From Opitutales bacterium (GTDB taxonomy: Bacteria; Verrucomicrobiota; Verrucomicrobiia; Opitutales; PNEW01): a stretch of DNA of 64,000 bases. Under the pieces are notes generated by a model. That model saw only the letters and a list, made by a program, of their open reading frames with translations, searched no databases and was not told where the DNA came from. Of the stretch, positions 1-10,392 are shown one piece after another (position 1 is the stretch's first letter; the number at the start of each line of letters is the position of its first letter). Both the position numbers and the translations under genes were made by a program. Location of the stretch: NCBI GenBank assembly GCA_965197745.1, contig CBDANS010000006.1:512001-576000 (forward strand), given 5' to 3'.

Positions 1-162
1 AGTTTCGGAACCCTCGCCTTCCTCACTCACCGTGGCACTTCAAGTATGGGCCAGTTGCTTACGATCGGCGTTTTTCTTACCATGGCGGTCACCCTCATCG
101 TCTTACCGGCATTCCATTTTCTACCACGCCGGTTGAATATAGAGGATAAGAATTCCTCTTAA
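1..162 (+). CDS. C-terminus of MMPL/RND transporter, HpnN-like (partial, starts before window)
   Basis: Frame 1 reads SFGTLAFLTHRGTSSMGQLLTIGVFLTMAVTLIVLPAF...NSS*, matching the last two TM helices of hopanoid-associated MMPL transporters; neighbour is HpnL-like. Confidence 0.75.
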   Translation, partial: SFGTLAFLTHRGTSSMGQLLTIGVFLTMAVTLIVLPAFHFLPRRLNIEDKNSS

Positions 163-1175
163 CTTTCCGGGTTTTCGGTGTCCGCGCTTGCTTTCACTCC
201 CCGGTTAATCCAGGCGATGAGACGCCGGCTCTCGATCAGTTGCCAGTAAATTAATGCGGGGATGCCGATGACAATGCTTCGGGCGCGGATAAGAAGTGAA
301 AGCGCCAGGGCAATATCGGGTCCGATACCGACGATCATCCCCACGAGAACGAGTCCGCCTTCCTGGACTCCAATCGCTGCCGGTACCATGAAAGCCGCGT
401 TGCGAATCGCGTGCACCATGCTTTCAAGGATGAGCGCTTCGAACACACCGACGTTGTAGCCAAGAAAATGTAACCCGATGATTATTTGACCGGTTCCGAC
501 TACCACTCCGAAGATACGCCATAAGGCTGCGATTACTATATCGGTGCGGCGGCGGTAGATGGATTGTATCGCCTCGTCCAGGATCCGCGCACCTTCCGTA
601 ATAGTGCTCCAGTCACCGACCTTAACCGTCTTTTCCAGTAATTGCGTCAGTTTCAAAAACAGGCCCGCCCGTTGGGCGATATAGAATACTGTAATTAATA
701 TTCCGAGAATGATGATACCGATTCCCGCGGCGATGGCGGTGTCGTTTAATTTATCGTACTGAGTCAATAAAAGGATTCCTCCGCCCGCATAAAATAATTG
801 AGCGCCCACCGCGAAGGTGATGTCAACGATGACACTCGCGCCCGATAGGGCGTTGGACACGCCCCTGAGCGTCAGGAGTCTTGCGCGCACGAAATCTCCT
901 CCCACCTGGGCTACGGGCAGAAGCGAGTTCACTGAACCGCCCACCCATTGCAGCACGAACACTGTCCAAAATGATGGACGGTTCATCGCCGGTATGAGGC
1001 GGCCCCAGCAGTTAGCCGCCGCTACCATGGGAATGAGATGAAAAAGACAAAGGGCGAAAAGTCCCCATCCCGAGGAAACCAGGGCCGCTATTACGCGCTC
1101 AAGTCCGTAGAATGTAATCAGGCCGATGAGTAAGCTGAAGCCGACAACCAGAAAGATACTTACCGCCGTTTTCAT
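159..1175 (-). CDS. HpnL-like membrane protein (lysylphosphatidylglycerol synthase TM / flippase-like domain)
   Basis: Motifs SVNSLLPVAQVGGDFVRARLL and AFMVPAAIGVQEGG...ALALSL..RAR; multi-TM. Confidence 0.8.
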   Translation of the reverse strand: MKTAVSIFLVVGFSLLIGLITFYGLERVIAALVSSGWGLFALCLFHLIPMVAAANCWGRLIPAMNRPSFWTVFVLQWVGGSVNSLLPVAQVGGDFVRARLLTLRGVSNALSGASVIVDITFAVGAQLFYAGGGILLLTQYDKLNDTAIAAGIGIIILGILITVFYIAQRAGLFLKLTQLLEKTVKVGDWSTITEGARILDEAIQSIYRRRTDIVIAALWRIFGVVVGTGQIIIGLHFLGYNVGVFEALILESMVHAIRNAAFMVPAAIGVQEGGLVLVGMIVGIGPDIALALSLLIRARSIVIGIPALIYWQLIESRRLIAWINRGVKASADTENPES

Positions 1176-1207
1176 CTTTTTTATCCAGAAGTAATTAATT
1201 GATTTGT

Positions 1208-2374
1208 CTACTTTATAGCACTGTCCATCGCCTCATCGTAAACCTCAAGGGTCTTGCGGGCACACGCTTCCCAGGTGAAAGTTTGTGCGCGCTGCTGACC
1301 TCGGTGAATTAGTTCGTTGCGCAGCGTTTCATCCTCATTTAATTTAATGAGCGCATCAGCGATCTCTGCCGTCAAAAAGGGATTGACCTGCAGGGCTGCA
1401 TCGCTGCTAACCTCGGGCAGCGCACTCACATTTGAGGTGACCACAGGGGTGCCACAGGCCATCGCCTCCAGGACCGGGATCCCGAATCCTTCGTAGAGCG
1501 AGGGAAAGAGGAAAACACGCGCGCGGTTGTAGAGTCCCCTGAGTTGAGCATCCGTTACACTGGGGAGAATAATCACCTTTTTTTTACCATCGGGACGTTT
1601 AAGGATACGCTTCATTTCCCAATCACCCCAACGGGAGAATCGTCGCACCAGGACAAACTGGAAATCGGAATGTTCGGCAAAGGCCTGCAAAAATGCCTCA
1701 GCTGCGCGTCCCTGGTTTTTATAGGGTGATCCCTGTCCGACGGAAAGAATGAAGCGGGTTTCCGGGGAAATGAGCTCGGCTGTATCGCGCTCCGCCTCTT
1801 CCTCTGAAATGGGTTTGAAGTAGGGTTCAAGGCCGTTATGGGTGACCCGCGTGCGCTGGCCGGCTTCCGGGTTGTATTCGGCAATGGCTTCACGCGAGGC
1901 GTGGGAAACGGTCAATAACAACGTGGCGTGATTGAGGGCATGGTTGATGCCGAAGCGATAGAAATTACCGGCAGCGAACCGGAGAAGAAAAGAAGATGCG
2001 CAGTACTCGGGTCGACACAGCCACATGACATCGTGGATGGTCGCTATCGATCTGCAGGGTATTCCGCGCGGTAGGACGTTGAACGGACTGTGATAGATAT
2101 CCATTTCCTCAAGATTGATACTGCGCATTAGCCCCAGGAGGGTGCGCATGGAATGAGCGGGCGCGTTTAAAGTTACTTCCCGCACCCGGTTCCCATTCGG
2201 TCCATCAACAATGGGACGTTTATTGCCCGATGGGACAATCAGCGTCAGTTCCAACTCGGAATCGAGCTCAATGAAATGCTTAATGAGATGGTGGGTGTAA
2301 CGACCGACCCCTCCAGAAGGAAATACCTCCGTCTCAGTCGTTCGGATGTAACGGGCATCGAGTGCTACTTTCAC
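1208..2374 (-). CDS. Glycosyltransferase family 4 (GT-B)
   Basis: [26 protein letters not shown] (E-x7-E motif), TIHD, GVGRY. Confidence 0.93.
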   Translation of the reverse strand: MKVALDARYIRTTETEVFPSGGVGRYTHHLIKHFIELDSELELTLIVPSGNKRPIVDGPNGNRVREVTLNAPAHSMRTLLGLMRSINLEEMDIYHSPFNVLPRGIPCRSIATIHDVMWLCRPEYCASSFLLRFAAGNFYRFGINHALNHATLLLTVSHASREAIAEYNPEAGQRTRVTHNGLEPYFKPISEEEAERDTAELISPETRFILSVGQGSPYKNQGRAAEAFLQAFAEHSDFQFVLVRRFSRWGDWEMKRILKRPDGKKKVIILPSVTDAQLRGLYNRARVFLFPSLYEGFGIPVLEAMACGTPVVTSNVSALPEVSSDAALQVNPFLTAEIADALIKLNEDETLRNELIHRGQQRAQTFTWEACARKTLEVYDEAMDSAIK

Positions 2375-2623
2375 TTTTCGTTTAATTTAAATAAATGGGT
2401 TTGAAATACCGTAATTAAAGGACGAAGCACTCCTCTTTCCCGGAAGAGCCCAATCGTTTCAAGCATACCCGAAGCCAAGAAAACCCAATCCTCTTTCACT
2501 GACAATGCCTAAAATGCTATGGCATTCCCATAAAGTGCGGAAATGCAATAATAGGTGTAAGCGATTATGCGTGTACGCGATAATGGGGATGTATTCCTTC
2601 GCACCCCCGAATAAGTCGATATT

Positions 2624-2651
2624 GGTGGAGCGGGCTGTCTCAGCACGCTTT
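2624..2651 (+). repeat. REP-type palindrome GGTGGAGCGGGCTGTCTCAGCACGCTTT
   Basis: Same unit as both arms of the inverted doublet at 48395-48471. Confidence 0.65.
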
Positions 2652-2742
2652 AGTATAAGTTATGATTAGTGGCTATTCTTCTCTTAAATTCTTTCTTGGA
2701 TTCTTGTCCCTCTTATGGCTATATTCTCAATTCCATGCTTAA

Positions 2743-2828
2743 GCCCGGGTGGCGGAATGGTAGACGCTGCGGACTTAAAATCCGTTGTCCGTGAGGACGT
2801 GAGGGTTCGAGTCCCTCCCCGGGCACCA
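2743..2828 (+). tRNA. tRNA-Leu (anticodon TAA)
   Basis: GCCCGGG acceptor, GGCGGAATGGTAGACGC D-arm, GCGGA-CTTAAAA-TCCGT anticodon arm, long variable arm, GGTTCGAGTCC T-loop, encoded CCA. Confidence 0.97.
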
Positions 2829-3110
2829 TAGAAATACTATGTCTACTAAGTACTTAAATATTTTTTATGTTCGTAATTGAGAAAACCTGAAACGAACACA
2901 ATCGAACAAAAATATCCATATTCGCCCGAAAAAATAGCAACAAATAGCAACGGTTTTATGTCTATTTATTTAAAAATCTCTGATTAACAATAAATCAACG
3001 ACTAATAATACAAGTAAGAGAGGATCACTGAGAAAATGTTGAGTTAGATGTATAATCTCTGGGCGCTGACCCAGAGGCTTTACACTCGAGCCGTTTTGTT
3101 TCTTTATGAA

Positions 3111-3677
3111 ATGGACTATTTAACCCACTATTATAAGAAGGGCGACCAGCCATTTAGAAGTCTATCATTCTTGCCCGACTCTGAGGCGATTCGGGTTGCT
3201 CAAGGATTCCAGGGTGAAACTGCAGTTGTTTACCGACGATTTAAAGAGCCCGAAAAATACTGGTCTTCAAGAAGGAGAACTGAGCGTTGGGTTCGAGAAG
3301 CGTTCATTCACAAAGGCGGAGTTCCCACGGTAGACCATCCTCAATACATGGTTCTTGGATCGTCTTTTTTCATCAGCGAGGGATATAATCTTAATTGCGA
3401 TGAAATTCGAATCCCGTTGTCTGACTTCGACGAAAGTGAAATTAGCTTCACCTACCCTGACAGCATGGTATCTTTGATGTTGCTGGAGGAGCGGCAGGAA
3501 GAGCAGTACTTTCACCCGGAATATCACGGCAAGGTGTTCACGTTGCTAGAAATTGTGGGTGTTGTAGAAGAGTTTGGACTACCGGTTCGTGAGTGGGAGA
3601 AAGATCCCAAGCGAAAATACGACTTTTTCGTCGAGGCACAAGTCTGGACGGATAGGATATTTGACGAACATAAGTAA
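3111..3677 (+). CDS. Conserved hypothetical protein in an integron-cassette-like context (ORF open from 3048; ATG 3111 preferred)
   Basis: YLTHYY...PFRSLS, RRRTERWVREAFIHKGG, SFTYPDSM, FVEAQVW; followed directly by an attC-like site. Confidence 0.75.
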   Translation: MDYLTHYYKKGDQPFRSLSFLPDSEAIRVAQGFQGETAVVYRRFKEPEKYWSSRRRTERWVREAFIHKGGVPTVDHPQYMVLGSSFFISEGYNLNCDEIRIPLSDFDESEISFTYPDSMVSLMLLEERQEEQYFHPEYHGKVFTLLEIVGVVEEFGLPVREWEKDPKRKYDFFVEAQVWTDRIFDEHK

Positions 3678-3680
3678 GAA

Positions 3681-3748
3681 ACATAACAAGCGGATCAAGC
3701 GTGTCGATTTGCCAAACGGCAAATCGTAGCTTATCCCAGAAATTATGT
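3681..3748 (+). other. Integron attC-like recombination site with degenerate R'
   Basis: R'' ACATAAC 3 nt after the stop, L'' GATCAAGC pairing with L' GCTTATC with one extra base, central CGATTTGCC/GGCAAATCG hairpin, R' ATTATGT (GTTATGT expected). Confidence 0.6.
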
Positions 3749-3780
3749 CGCTATGGGATGGAAGAAATAGGGTCAGACCC

Positions 3781-5351
3781 GAATGGCGTTAAGATAAGGG
3801 TGGTTTAGGATGATAAAAGCCTTTGTTTTTTCGTGAAGCAGAGACGGTCATCATGGCTCGTGGATGAGTCAATCGTTGGAAAGGTATAGGTCTACGTTTG
3901 AGGACTCTTGGTTCGTATCGGAAGGGACGTAGGGGGACCGATTCGAGGGCAATGAGGTGTATCATCTCGTCAATGACAGATCGTTGGGCTCTGGGATTAA
4001 ACCGGGTGGCCGCGAGCGCACTTTGATATTGGCGGAGGGTGTCAACAGCCCCCTTGAAGCTTAGCCAGGAGAGGTCGCGGTGGAAGGCACTGGCAGCTTG
4101 CTGCAAAAGAGCGCGGATGAGATTGTAGGCGATGGCAAACATCGCAATCTCTTTGCGCACGAGAGCGACCGAGCGAGAGCGCAGGATCTCCATCCCCATG
4201 GTGGTTTTGATGTGGCGAAAGTAAAGCTCCACTGCCCAGCGCCGATAGTATAATTCTCCGAGATCGTGGTGGGAGTATTGGTGAGGATCGCTCAAGGTAG
4301 TCACGAGGTCTACGCTATGGGCGCGGAAACCTTTGATGAAAATGAAAATCTTCACCAGCCGTACGGGGATCTCATCAGGGATTTGCCGCCACTGCTCGCG
4401 ACTGAAGCCGAAGACATTTTGCGGCTTCTTCCACATGATCAGCCGGTCATACCTACCCAAGGACCTGCCCTGACGAAAGTCGCTTCTTCGTTGCTGATGC
4501 AAACGCATGACCGCTTCAGCACCGCGGCCTTTAAGCAGGGCAATATTGAGGTAAGAGCAAAATCCCCGGTCGGCAAGGACCACATCACCCTTTTGAAAAA
4601 ATCCGATCATGCCCCGCAACAGCACACTGTCATGATGCCTTAGTGAGGACTCCATCCAGTGTAAAAGCGCCCCACTGGCTAAAGAAAAACAGCCCACCAG
4701 CTTCACCACCGGAAAGCCGCAGCCGCTTCGTTGCTGCGAAGGCTGTGGGTAACACCTCTGCAAGCACGGCGTATCGGCGGTGGCGATACCCGTGCCGTCG
4801 ACCACTTTTACCTCGTGACCTTTCCACCGTTGATCGTCGGTCACTCTCCCGGCCACCTCTTCACTGATCGCTTCATGGATCCCGTGCAGGTCTTGCACCA
4901 ACAGCCGTTGCCTCGCCTGACAGTAGGCCGAGGCCGTTCCTTTAGCCAACTTCAGCCCCTTCATGCTGCAATAGCTCTGGAGCTTGCGCACCACTTCCCG
5001 GCAGGCAGTCCGTGGTGAGAGCACTTGGAACAAAAATGCCCAGAAGGTCACGTTTTGGCTGAACAATCTCCGCCGGCTGTTAGCCCCTCGAGGCTTCCGG
5101 TGTAAATACTTTTGCGGCACCCACTGCCCGAAGATATCCGATAGCTCGGAAAGACTTGACCGCCGTATTTCTACCAGCTTACCCTCCATCTGTGCAAGGG
5201 CTGTTCGGGGAGCACGACCGAACAGGACCTGATTAAATCCTGGAAAATAACGAGTTAAGTTTTGTTTTTGCATGCTCGTTAGGGTAGCTCTCCAACGGTC
5301 CCTGTACAAGCATCTATTGCACTCATTCTATCCCTTATCTTAACGCCATTC
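3781..5351 (-). mobile_element. IS4-family insertion sequence, copy 1 (1571 bp)
   Basis: Perfect 20-bp TIR GAATGGCGTTAAGATAAGGG; flanked by imperfect 11-bp duplication GGGTCAGACCC/GGGTCAGACTG. Confidence 0.93.
3789..5309 (-). CDS. IS4-family DDE transposase, apparently intact
   Basis: VVDGT, LADRGFCSY, YYRRWAVELYFRHIK (YREK signature). Confidence 0.93.
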   Translation of the reverse strand: MYRDRWRATLTSMQKQNLTRYFPGFNQVLFGRAPRTALAQMEGKLVEIRRSSLSELSDIFGQWVPQKYLHRKPRGANSRRRLFSQNVTFWAFLFQVLSPRTACREVVRKLQSYCSMKGLKLAKGTASAYCQARQRLLVQDLHGIHEAISEEVAGRVTDDQRWKGHEVKVVDGTGIATADTPCLQRCYPQPSQQRSGCGFPVVKLVGCFSLASGALLHWMESSLRHHDSVLLRGMIGFFQKGDVVLADRGFCSYLNIALLKGRGAEAVMRLHQQRRSDFRQGRSLGRYDRLIMWKKPQNVFGFSREQWRQIPDEIPVRLVKIFIFIKGFRAHSVDLVTTLSDPHQYSHHDLGELYYRRWAVELYFRHIKTTMGMEILRSRSVALVRKEIAMFAIAYNLIRALLQQAASAFHRDLSWLSFKGAVDTLRQYQSALAATRFNPRAQRSVIDEMIHLIALESVPLRPFRYEPRVLKRRPIPFQRLTHPRAMMTVSASRKNKGFYHPKPPLS

Positions 5352-5550
5352 GGGTCAGACTGCGAATTCTTTGATTGATAAGAAACTATGGGAGAACTGG
5401 AATTGCGAGAGAATGGCTCGAAAGCCAAGGATTGAAAGTAACGATGGGCTCTATGTTAGTATCTTTCGGCGTGAGCAGAAGAACAGAAGTAAAGCCTACA
5501 GAACTTTGAATAAAATCAAAGAATTCGCAGTCTGACCCTTTACGTTTTCC
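5352..5550 (+). mobile_element. RAYT-derived MITE copy 1 (left tip at 3758-3780 split off by IS4)
   Basis: 25-bp TIR GGGTCAGACTGCGAATTCTTTGATT...AATCAAAGAATTCGCAGTCTGACCC; internal mini-ORF 5413-5535 MARKPRIESNDGLYVSIFRREQKNRSKAYRTLNKIKEFAV. Confidence 0.8.
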
Positions 5551-5705
5551 TTGGCGATATTTTGTTATCGCTATGATCGAATTTGGCATAACCCAATACA
5601 ATAAGTAGGCATAGAATAGAAACTGTGTAGATTAACTTCATTTGTCTTTAATGCTAAAATCTGAAGTGCGACATTACCGCAATTTTGCTAGGCAAGATGA
5701 GAGCA

Positions 5706-6482
5706 TCATTGCATTCCATCATATACAAAAGGTTGAGTATCCGTAATAGGGTTAAAGTCTCTCTTGCGTAGGATTGGTTCAGAAGTTGGTAACGCATCAA
5801 CAGATGCATATAATACTTTTCTTATTAATGCCTCCTTCAATCTTACTGCTACGATACTCGTGTACAAACCTAGATTTCTAAATTTCTCTCTAGTTTGCCC
5901 ACCATACAAGCCACAGAACTTACTATCTGAATGAAAATAAGCACGTCCACAGGATGCAGGTTCTTCATTCACGTAAGCGACATATATACTCATGTTACTA
6001 GGAGATTTTTCTATCATATATGTATAATGGTTAAATTGATCATCGAAACTTTCGTTATGCACTTCTTCAAATATTACTCTTACATCATTTATTCCTTTTC
6101 TATCATTGATTTTACGTATTTCACATGATGATTTTTTGAAATCGTTTAATGATTCAATGCTTAAGGATAACACCATAAATTTCTCTATTGATTGACCCTT
6201 AAATCCTGCAGACAAAAGTTTTTCTCTCAAACATGATGGAGAATCGTGGCCATATACTTTCCATTCAAGATTACACTTATTCTTTCGTGCATATGAAATC
6301 TGTCTTTTTATCGCTTCATCAATATCTTTTTCAGAATGGTTTGAATATATAATTTCACAGATTTTTCCGTCGTTATGAAAATCTTTTACCACATTCTCTT
6401 CAAATACTCTCTGTGAATCAGGATATTCAATACTTTGCCTTTCCTCATCCAATAATCTCAGAATTTCAATTTTGTTTATCAC
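5706..6482 (-). CDS. GNAT family N-acetyltransferase
   Basis: C-terminal GLYGGQTREKFRNLGLYT acetyl-CoA motif, VDALPTSEPIL; very AT-rich. Confidence 0.85.
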   Translation of the reverse strand: MINKIEILRLLDEERQSIEYPDSQRVFEENVVKDFHNDGKICEIIYSNHSEKDIDEAIKRQISYARKNKCNLEWKVYGHDSPSCLREKLLSAGFKGQSIEKFMVLSLSIESLNDFKKSSCEIRKINDRKGINDVRVIFEEVHNESFDDQFNHYTYMIEKSPSNMSIYVAYVNEEPASCGRAYFHSDSKFCGLYGGQTREKFRNLGLYTSIVAVRLKEALIRKVLYASVDALPTSEPILRKRDFNPITDTQPFVYDGMQ

Positions 6483-6581
6483 GATATTATCAATGGTTTC
6501 GCTCCATCCTTTATAAAATTATACCCAATATGCAAAATAGAAACAGCTAAATACAATCATGGAAGAAATAGGGTCAGAGTG

Positions 6582-8154
6582 GAATGGCGTTAAGATAAGG
6601 GATAGAATGAGTGCAATAGATGCTTGTACAGGGACCGTTGGAGAGCTACCCTAACGAGCATGCAAAAACAAAACTTAACTCGTTATTTTCCAGGATTTAA
6701 TCAGGTCCTGTTCGGTCGTGCTCCCCGAACAGCCCTTGCACAGATGGAGGGTAAGCTGGTAGAAATACGGCGGTCAAGTCTTTCCGAGCTATCGGATATC
6801 TTCGGGCAGTGGGTGCCGCAAAAGTATTTACACCGGAAGCCTCGAGGGGCTAACAGCCGGCGGAGATTGTTCAGCCAAAACGTGACCTTCTGGGCATTTT
6901 TGTTCCAAGTGCTCTCACCACGGACTGCCTGCCGGGAAGTGGTGCGCAAGCTCCAGAGCTATTGCAGCATGAAGGGGCTGAAGTTGGCCAAAGGAACGGC
7001 CTCGGTCTACTGTCAGGCGAGGCAACGGCTGTTGGTGCAAGACCTGCACGGGATCCATGAAGCGATCAGTGAAGAGGTGGCCGGGAGAGTGACCGACGAT
7101 CAACGGTGGAAAGGTCACGAGGTAAAAGTGGTCGACGGCACGGGTATCGCCACCGCCGATACGCCGTGCTTGCAGAGGTGTTACCCACAGCCTTCGCAGC
7201 AACGAAGCGGCTGCGGCTTTCCGGTGATGAAGCTGGTGGGCTGTTTTTCTTTAGCCAGTGGGGCGCTTTTACACTGGATGGAGTCCTCACTAAGGCATCA
7301 TGACAGTGTGCTGTTGCGGGGCATGATCGGATTTTTTCAAAAGGGTGATGTGGTCCTTGCCGACCGGGGATTTTGCTCTTACCTCAATATTGCCCTGCTT
7401 AAAGGCCGCGGTGCTGAAGCGGTCATGCGTTTGCATCAGCAACGAAGAAGCGACTTTCGTCAGGGCAGGTCCTTGGGTAGGTATGACCGGCTGATCATGT
7501 GGAAGAAGCCGCAAAATGTCTTCGGCTTCAGTCGCGAGCAGTGGCGGCAAATCCCTGATGAGATCCCCGTACGGCTGGTGAAGATTTTCATTTTCATCAA
7601 AGGTTTCCGCGCCCATAGCGTAGACCTCGTGACTACCTTGAGCGATCCTCACCAATACTCCCACCACGATCTCGGAGAATTATACTATCGGCGCTGGGCA
7701 GTGGAGCTTTACTTTCGCCACATCAAAACCACCATGGGGATGGAGATCCTGCGCTCTCGCTCGGTCGCTCTCGTGCGCAAAGAGATTGCGATGTTTGCCA
7801 TCGCCTACAATCTCTCATCCGCGCTCTTTTGCAGCAAGCTGCCAGTGCCTTCCACCGCGACCTCTCCCGGCTAAGCTTCAAGGGGGCTGTTGACACCCTC
7901 CGCCAATATCAAAGTGCGCTCGCGGCCACCCGGTTTAATCCCAGAGCCCAACGATCTGTCATTGACGAGATGATACACCTCATTGCCCTCGAATCGGTCC
8001 CCCTACGTCCCTTCCGATACGAACCAAGAGTCCTCAAACGTAGACCTATACCTTTCCAACGATTGACTCATCCACGAGCCATGATGACCGTCTCTGCTTC
8101 ACGAAAAAACAAAGGCTTTTATCATCCTAAACCACCCTTATCTTAACGCCATTC
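6582..8154 (+). mobile_element. IS4-family insertion sequence, copy 2 (1573 bp, inverted relative to copy 1)
   Basis: Same TIRs, near-identical to 3781-5351; flanks GGGTCAGAGTG/GGGTCTGACTG. Confidence 0.93.
6624..8146 (+). pseudogene. IS4 transposase, frameshifted
   Basis: 2-nt duplication AATCTCTCATC near 7811 versus AATCTCATC in copy 1 splits the ORF into 6624-7874 and 7829-8146. Confidence 0.88.
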
Positions 8155-8355
8155 GGGTCTGACTGCGAATTCTTTGATTGATAAGAAACTATGGGAGAAC
8201 TGGAAATGCGAGAGAATGGCTCGAATGCCAAGGATTGAAAGTAAAGATGGTCTCTATGTTAGTTTCTTTCAGCGTGAGCAGAAGAACAGAAGTAAAGCCT
8301 ACAGAACTTTGAATAAAATCAAAGAATTCGCAGTCTGACCCTTTACGTTTTCCAT
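8155..8355 (+). mobile_element. RAYT-derived MITE copy 2 (left tip at 6559-6581)
   Basis: Near-identical to 5352-5550. Confidence 0.8.
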
Positions 8356-8495
8356 TCTAACTTGACTACCCTATCAACAAAGGACGAACTTTAAGCGGAG
8401 GTTAAGTATAATTATCAATCGAATCTCGAATATCTGAGATCATTGATAAATTGATTTAAAATACACCAGAAAGTTGCATCTACGGATTACAATAT

Positions 8496-10073
8496 ATGAA
8501 ACTGAAATTATTTTTTATTATTTTTTTATCATTGGCAATATATACCATAGAGTATGGAGCTGGTTTTCTGGAGGCATACTCATTAGCCCAAGGGCAAATG
8601 GCTGGTGAAGTTTCGGATCACAGTGTTATTCTTCAGACACGAATAACTTCATCGAATCCTCTCTTCGATAAATCGTGGTCGGGGATTCCTGGTTTAACCG
8701 GATGGGCTTGTTTTGAAATTTCGACCACTCCAGACTTTAAAGAATCTTTCCGAACGCCATGGATAAAAGCAGTCCCAGATTACGATTATATTGTTAAGAC
8801 AAAAATAACTGACTTGGATCCGGGTAGGCGTTACTACTACCGTGTTATCTACGGTCCGGATACCATAAACACAGGAAAGGGAATGACTTCTAATTTTAAG
8901 ACCCATGGGGGGGGTAAATCCCATGATGAAATTAGTTTTGCCGTCGTTACTGGAATGCACTACTCAAGGTTTCACCACACAGGTCGGGAAAAACAAAGAT
9001 TCCCCCCAGCAGCGGTGAAAAGAAAGATTCCCCCAAGCAGCGGTGAAGATAAACTGCTGGGATATCCAGCTCTCGTCTCTATTTTAAGGCTCAAACCTGA
9101 TTACTTTGTGGGAACGGGCGATAATGTTTATTATGATGGTCCCTTTGTAGGGCGCGCCGAGACGCAGCAGCAGATAAGGAGAAAATATCAGGAACAGTTC
9201 TCACAGCCGAGATTTGTTGATCTCTTTCAGCAAGTGGCAACTTACTGGATGAAAGACGACCACGATTTTCGTTTCAACGATTCCGATCCCATAAACCCCT
9301 ACCTTGTGGAGCGCAATTATAACTTAGACTATTACCCTAAAACCAACATTTATGAACATGTATCCGGTTCTGGATCACTCCCCTCAGCGAAGCTGGGAAT
9401 AAGAATGTTTCAAGAACAACTCCCGGTGGTTGATCCCGAAGAAAGTAATCCAGTAACTTATAGAACATTCAGGGTTAATGATTGGCTTCAGATCTGGTAT
9501 GTCGAAGGTAGAGATTATCGCGATGCTAACGACAGGCCGGATGGCCCAAATAAAAGCATTTGGGGATTAAAACAAATGAATTGGCTTAAAGAAACACTGT
9601 TACAAAGCGATACAGTATTTAAATTCCTCCTCTCTGCCACGCCAATGATCGGTCCCGGTGCCGGCGATGAGAAACGCGATAGCCATGTTAATCCCGGTGG
9701 ATTTCGCTATGAGGGAGAAGCTTTTTTTCGATGGCTTACCGAGAACGGCTTTCGCGATAAAAACTTTTACCTTATCTGTGGAGATCGGCACTGGCAATAT
9801 CACGCCATCCATCCTTCAGGGTTTGAAGAATTCTCCTGTGGCGCATTGGTTGGCGCCAATGCGACCATGGGTTATCTCCCTGGCGATCCAAATTCCTCCG
9901 ATCCCGAAGGTAAAATCAAACAACCCTATCACAATGAAGAACCCACGGGTGGTTTCTTAATCTTAACGGTGAAATCGGGAAAAGGGAAGAAACAGCCCTT
10001 AGCGCGTATCACTTTTTACGATGAAAAGGGAATAGTTTTATATAAAACAGAAAAGGTCGCTGCAAACAACTGA
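8496..10073 (+). CDS. Alkaline phosphatase D (PhoD)-family metallophosphoesterase, secreted
   Basis: Signal peptide, GQMAGEV, TGDNVYYD, KDDHD, EGRDYR, GDRHWQY. Confidence 0.88.
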   Translation: MKLKLFFIIFLSLAIYTIEYGAGFLEAYSLAQGQMAGEVSDHSVILQTRITSSNPLFDKSWSGIPGLTGWACFEISTTPDFKESFRTPWIKAVPDYDYIVKTKITDLDPGRRYYYRVIYGPDTINTGKGMTSNFKTHGGGKSHDEISFAVVTGMHYSRFHHTGREKQRFPPAAVKRKIPPSSGEDKLLGYPALVSILRLKPDYFVGTGDNVYYDGPFVGRAETQQQIRRKYQEQFSQPRFVDLFQQVATYWMKDDHDFRFNDSDPINPYLVERNYNLDYYPKTNIYEHVSGSGSLPSAKLGIRMFQEQLPVVDPEESNPVTYRTFRVNDWLQIWYVEGRDYRDANDRPDGPNKSIWGLKQMNWLKETLLQSDTVFKFLLSATPMIGPGAGDEKRDSHVNPGGFRYEGEAFFRWLTENGFRDKNFYLICGDRHWQYHAIHPSGFEEFSCGALVGANATMGYLPGDPNSSDPEGKIKQPYHNEEPTGGFLILTVKSGKGKKQPLARITFYDEKGIVLYKTEKVAANN

Positions 10074-10161
10074 AGAGCGAAAATTAAATGGCTTCACCTA
10101 ACGTATTATTGATTTGTGTAGATCATTGGCCTGGTCAATTGCTCGGGATAAGAGGACATCA

Positions 10162-10338
10162 GCGAATTCTTTGATTGATAAGAAACTATGGGAGAACTGG
10201 AATTGTGAGAGAATGGCTCGAAAGCCGGGGATTGAAAGTAACGATGGGCTCTATGTTATTATCTTTCGGTGTGAGCAGAAGAACAGAAGTAAAGCCTACA
10301 GAACTTTGAATAAAATCAAAGAATTCGCAGTCTGACTC
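10162..10338 (+). mobile_element. RAYT-derived MITE copy 3 (left TIR clipped)
   Basis: GCGAATTCTTTGATTGATAAG...GAATTCGCAGTCTGACTC. Confidence 0.78.
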
Positions 10339-10392
10339 TTTATACGTTTTTACTGACCCCTTTCGACTTTGCGTATTGATTTGAGAAAATCA

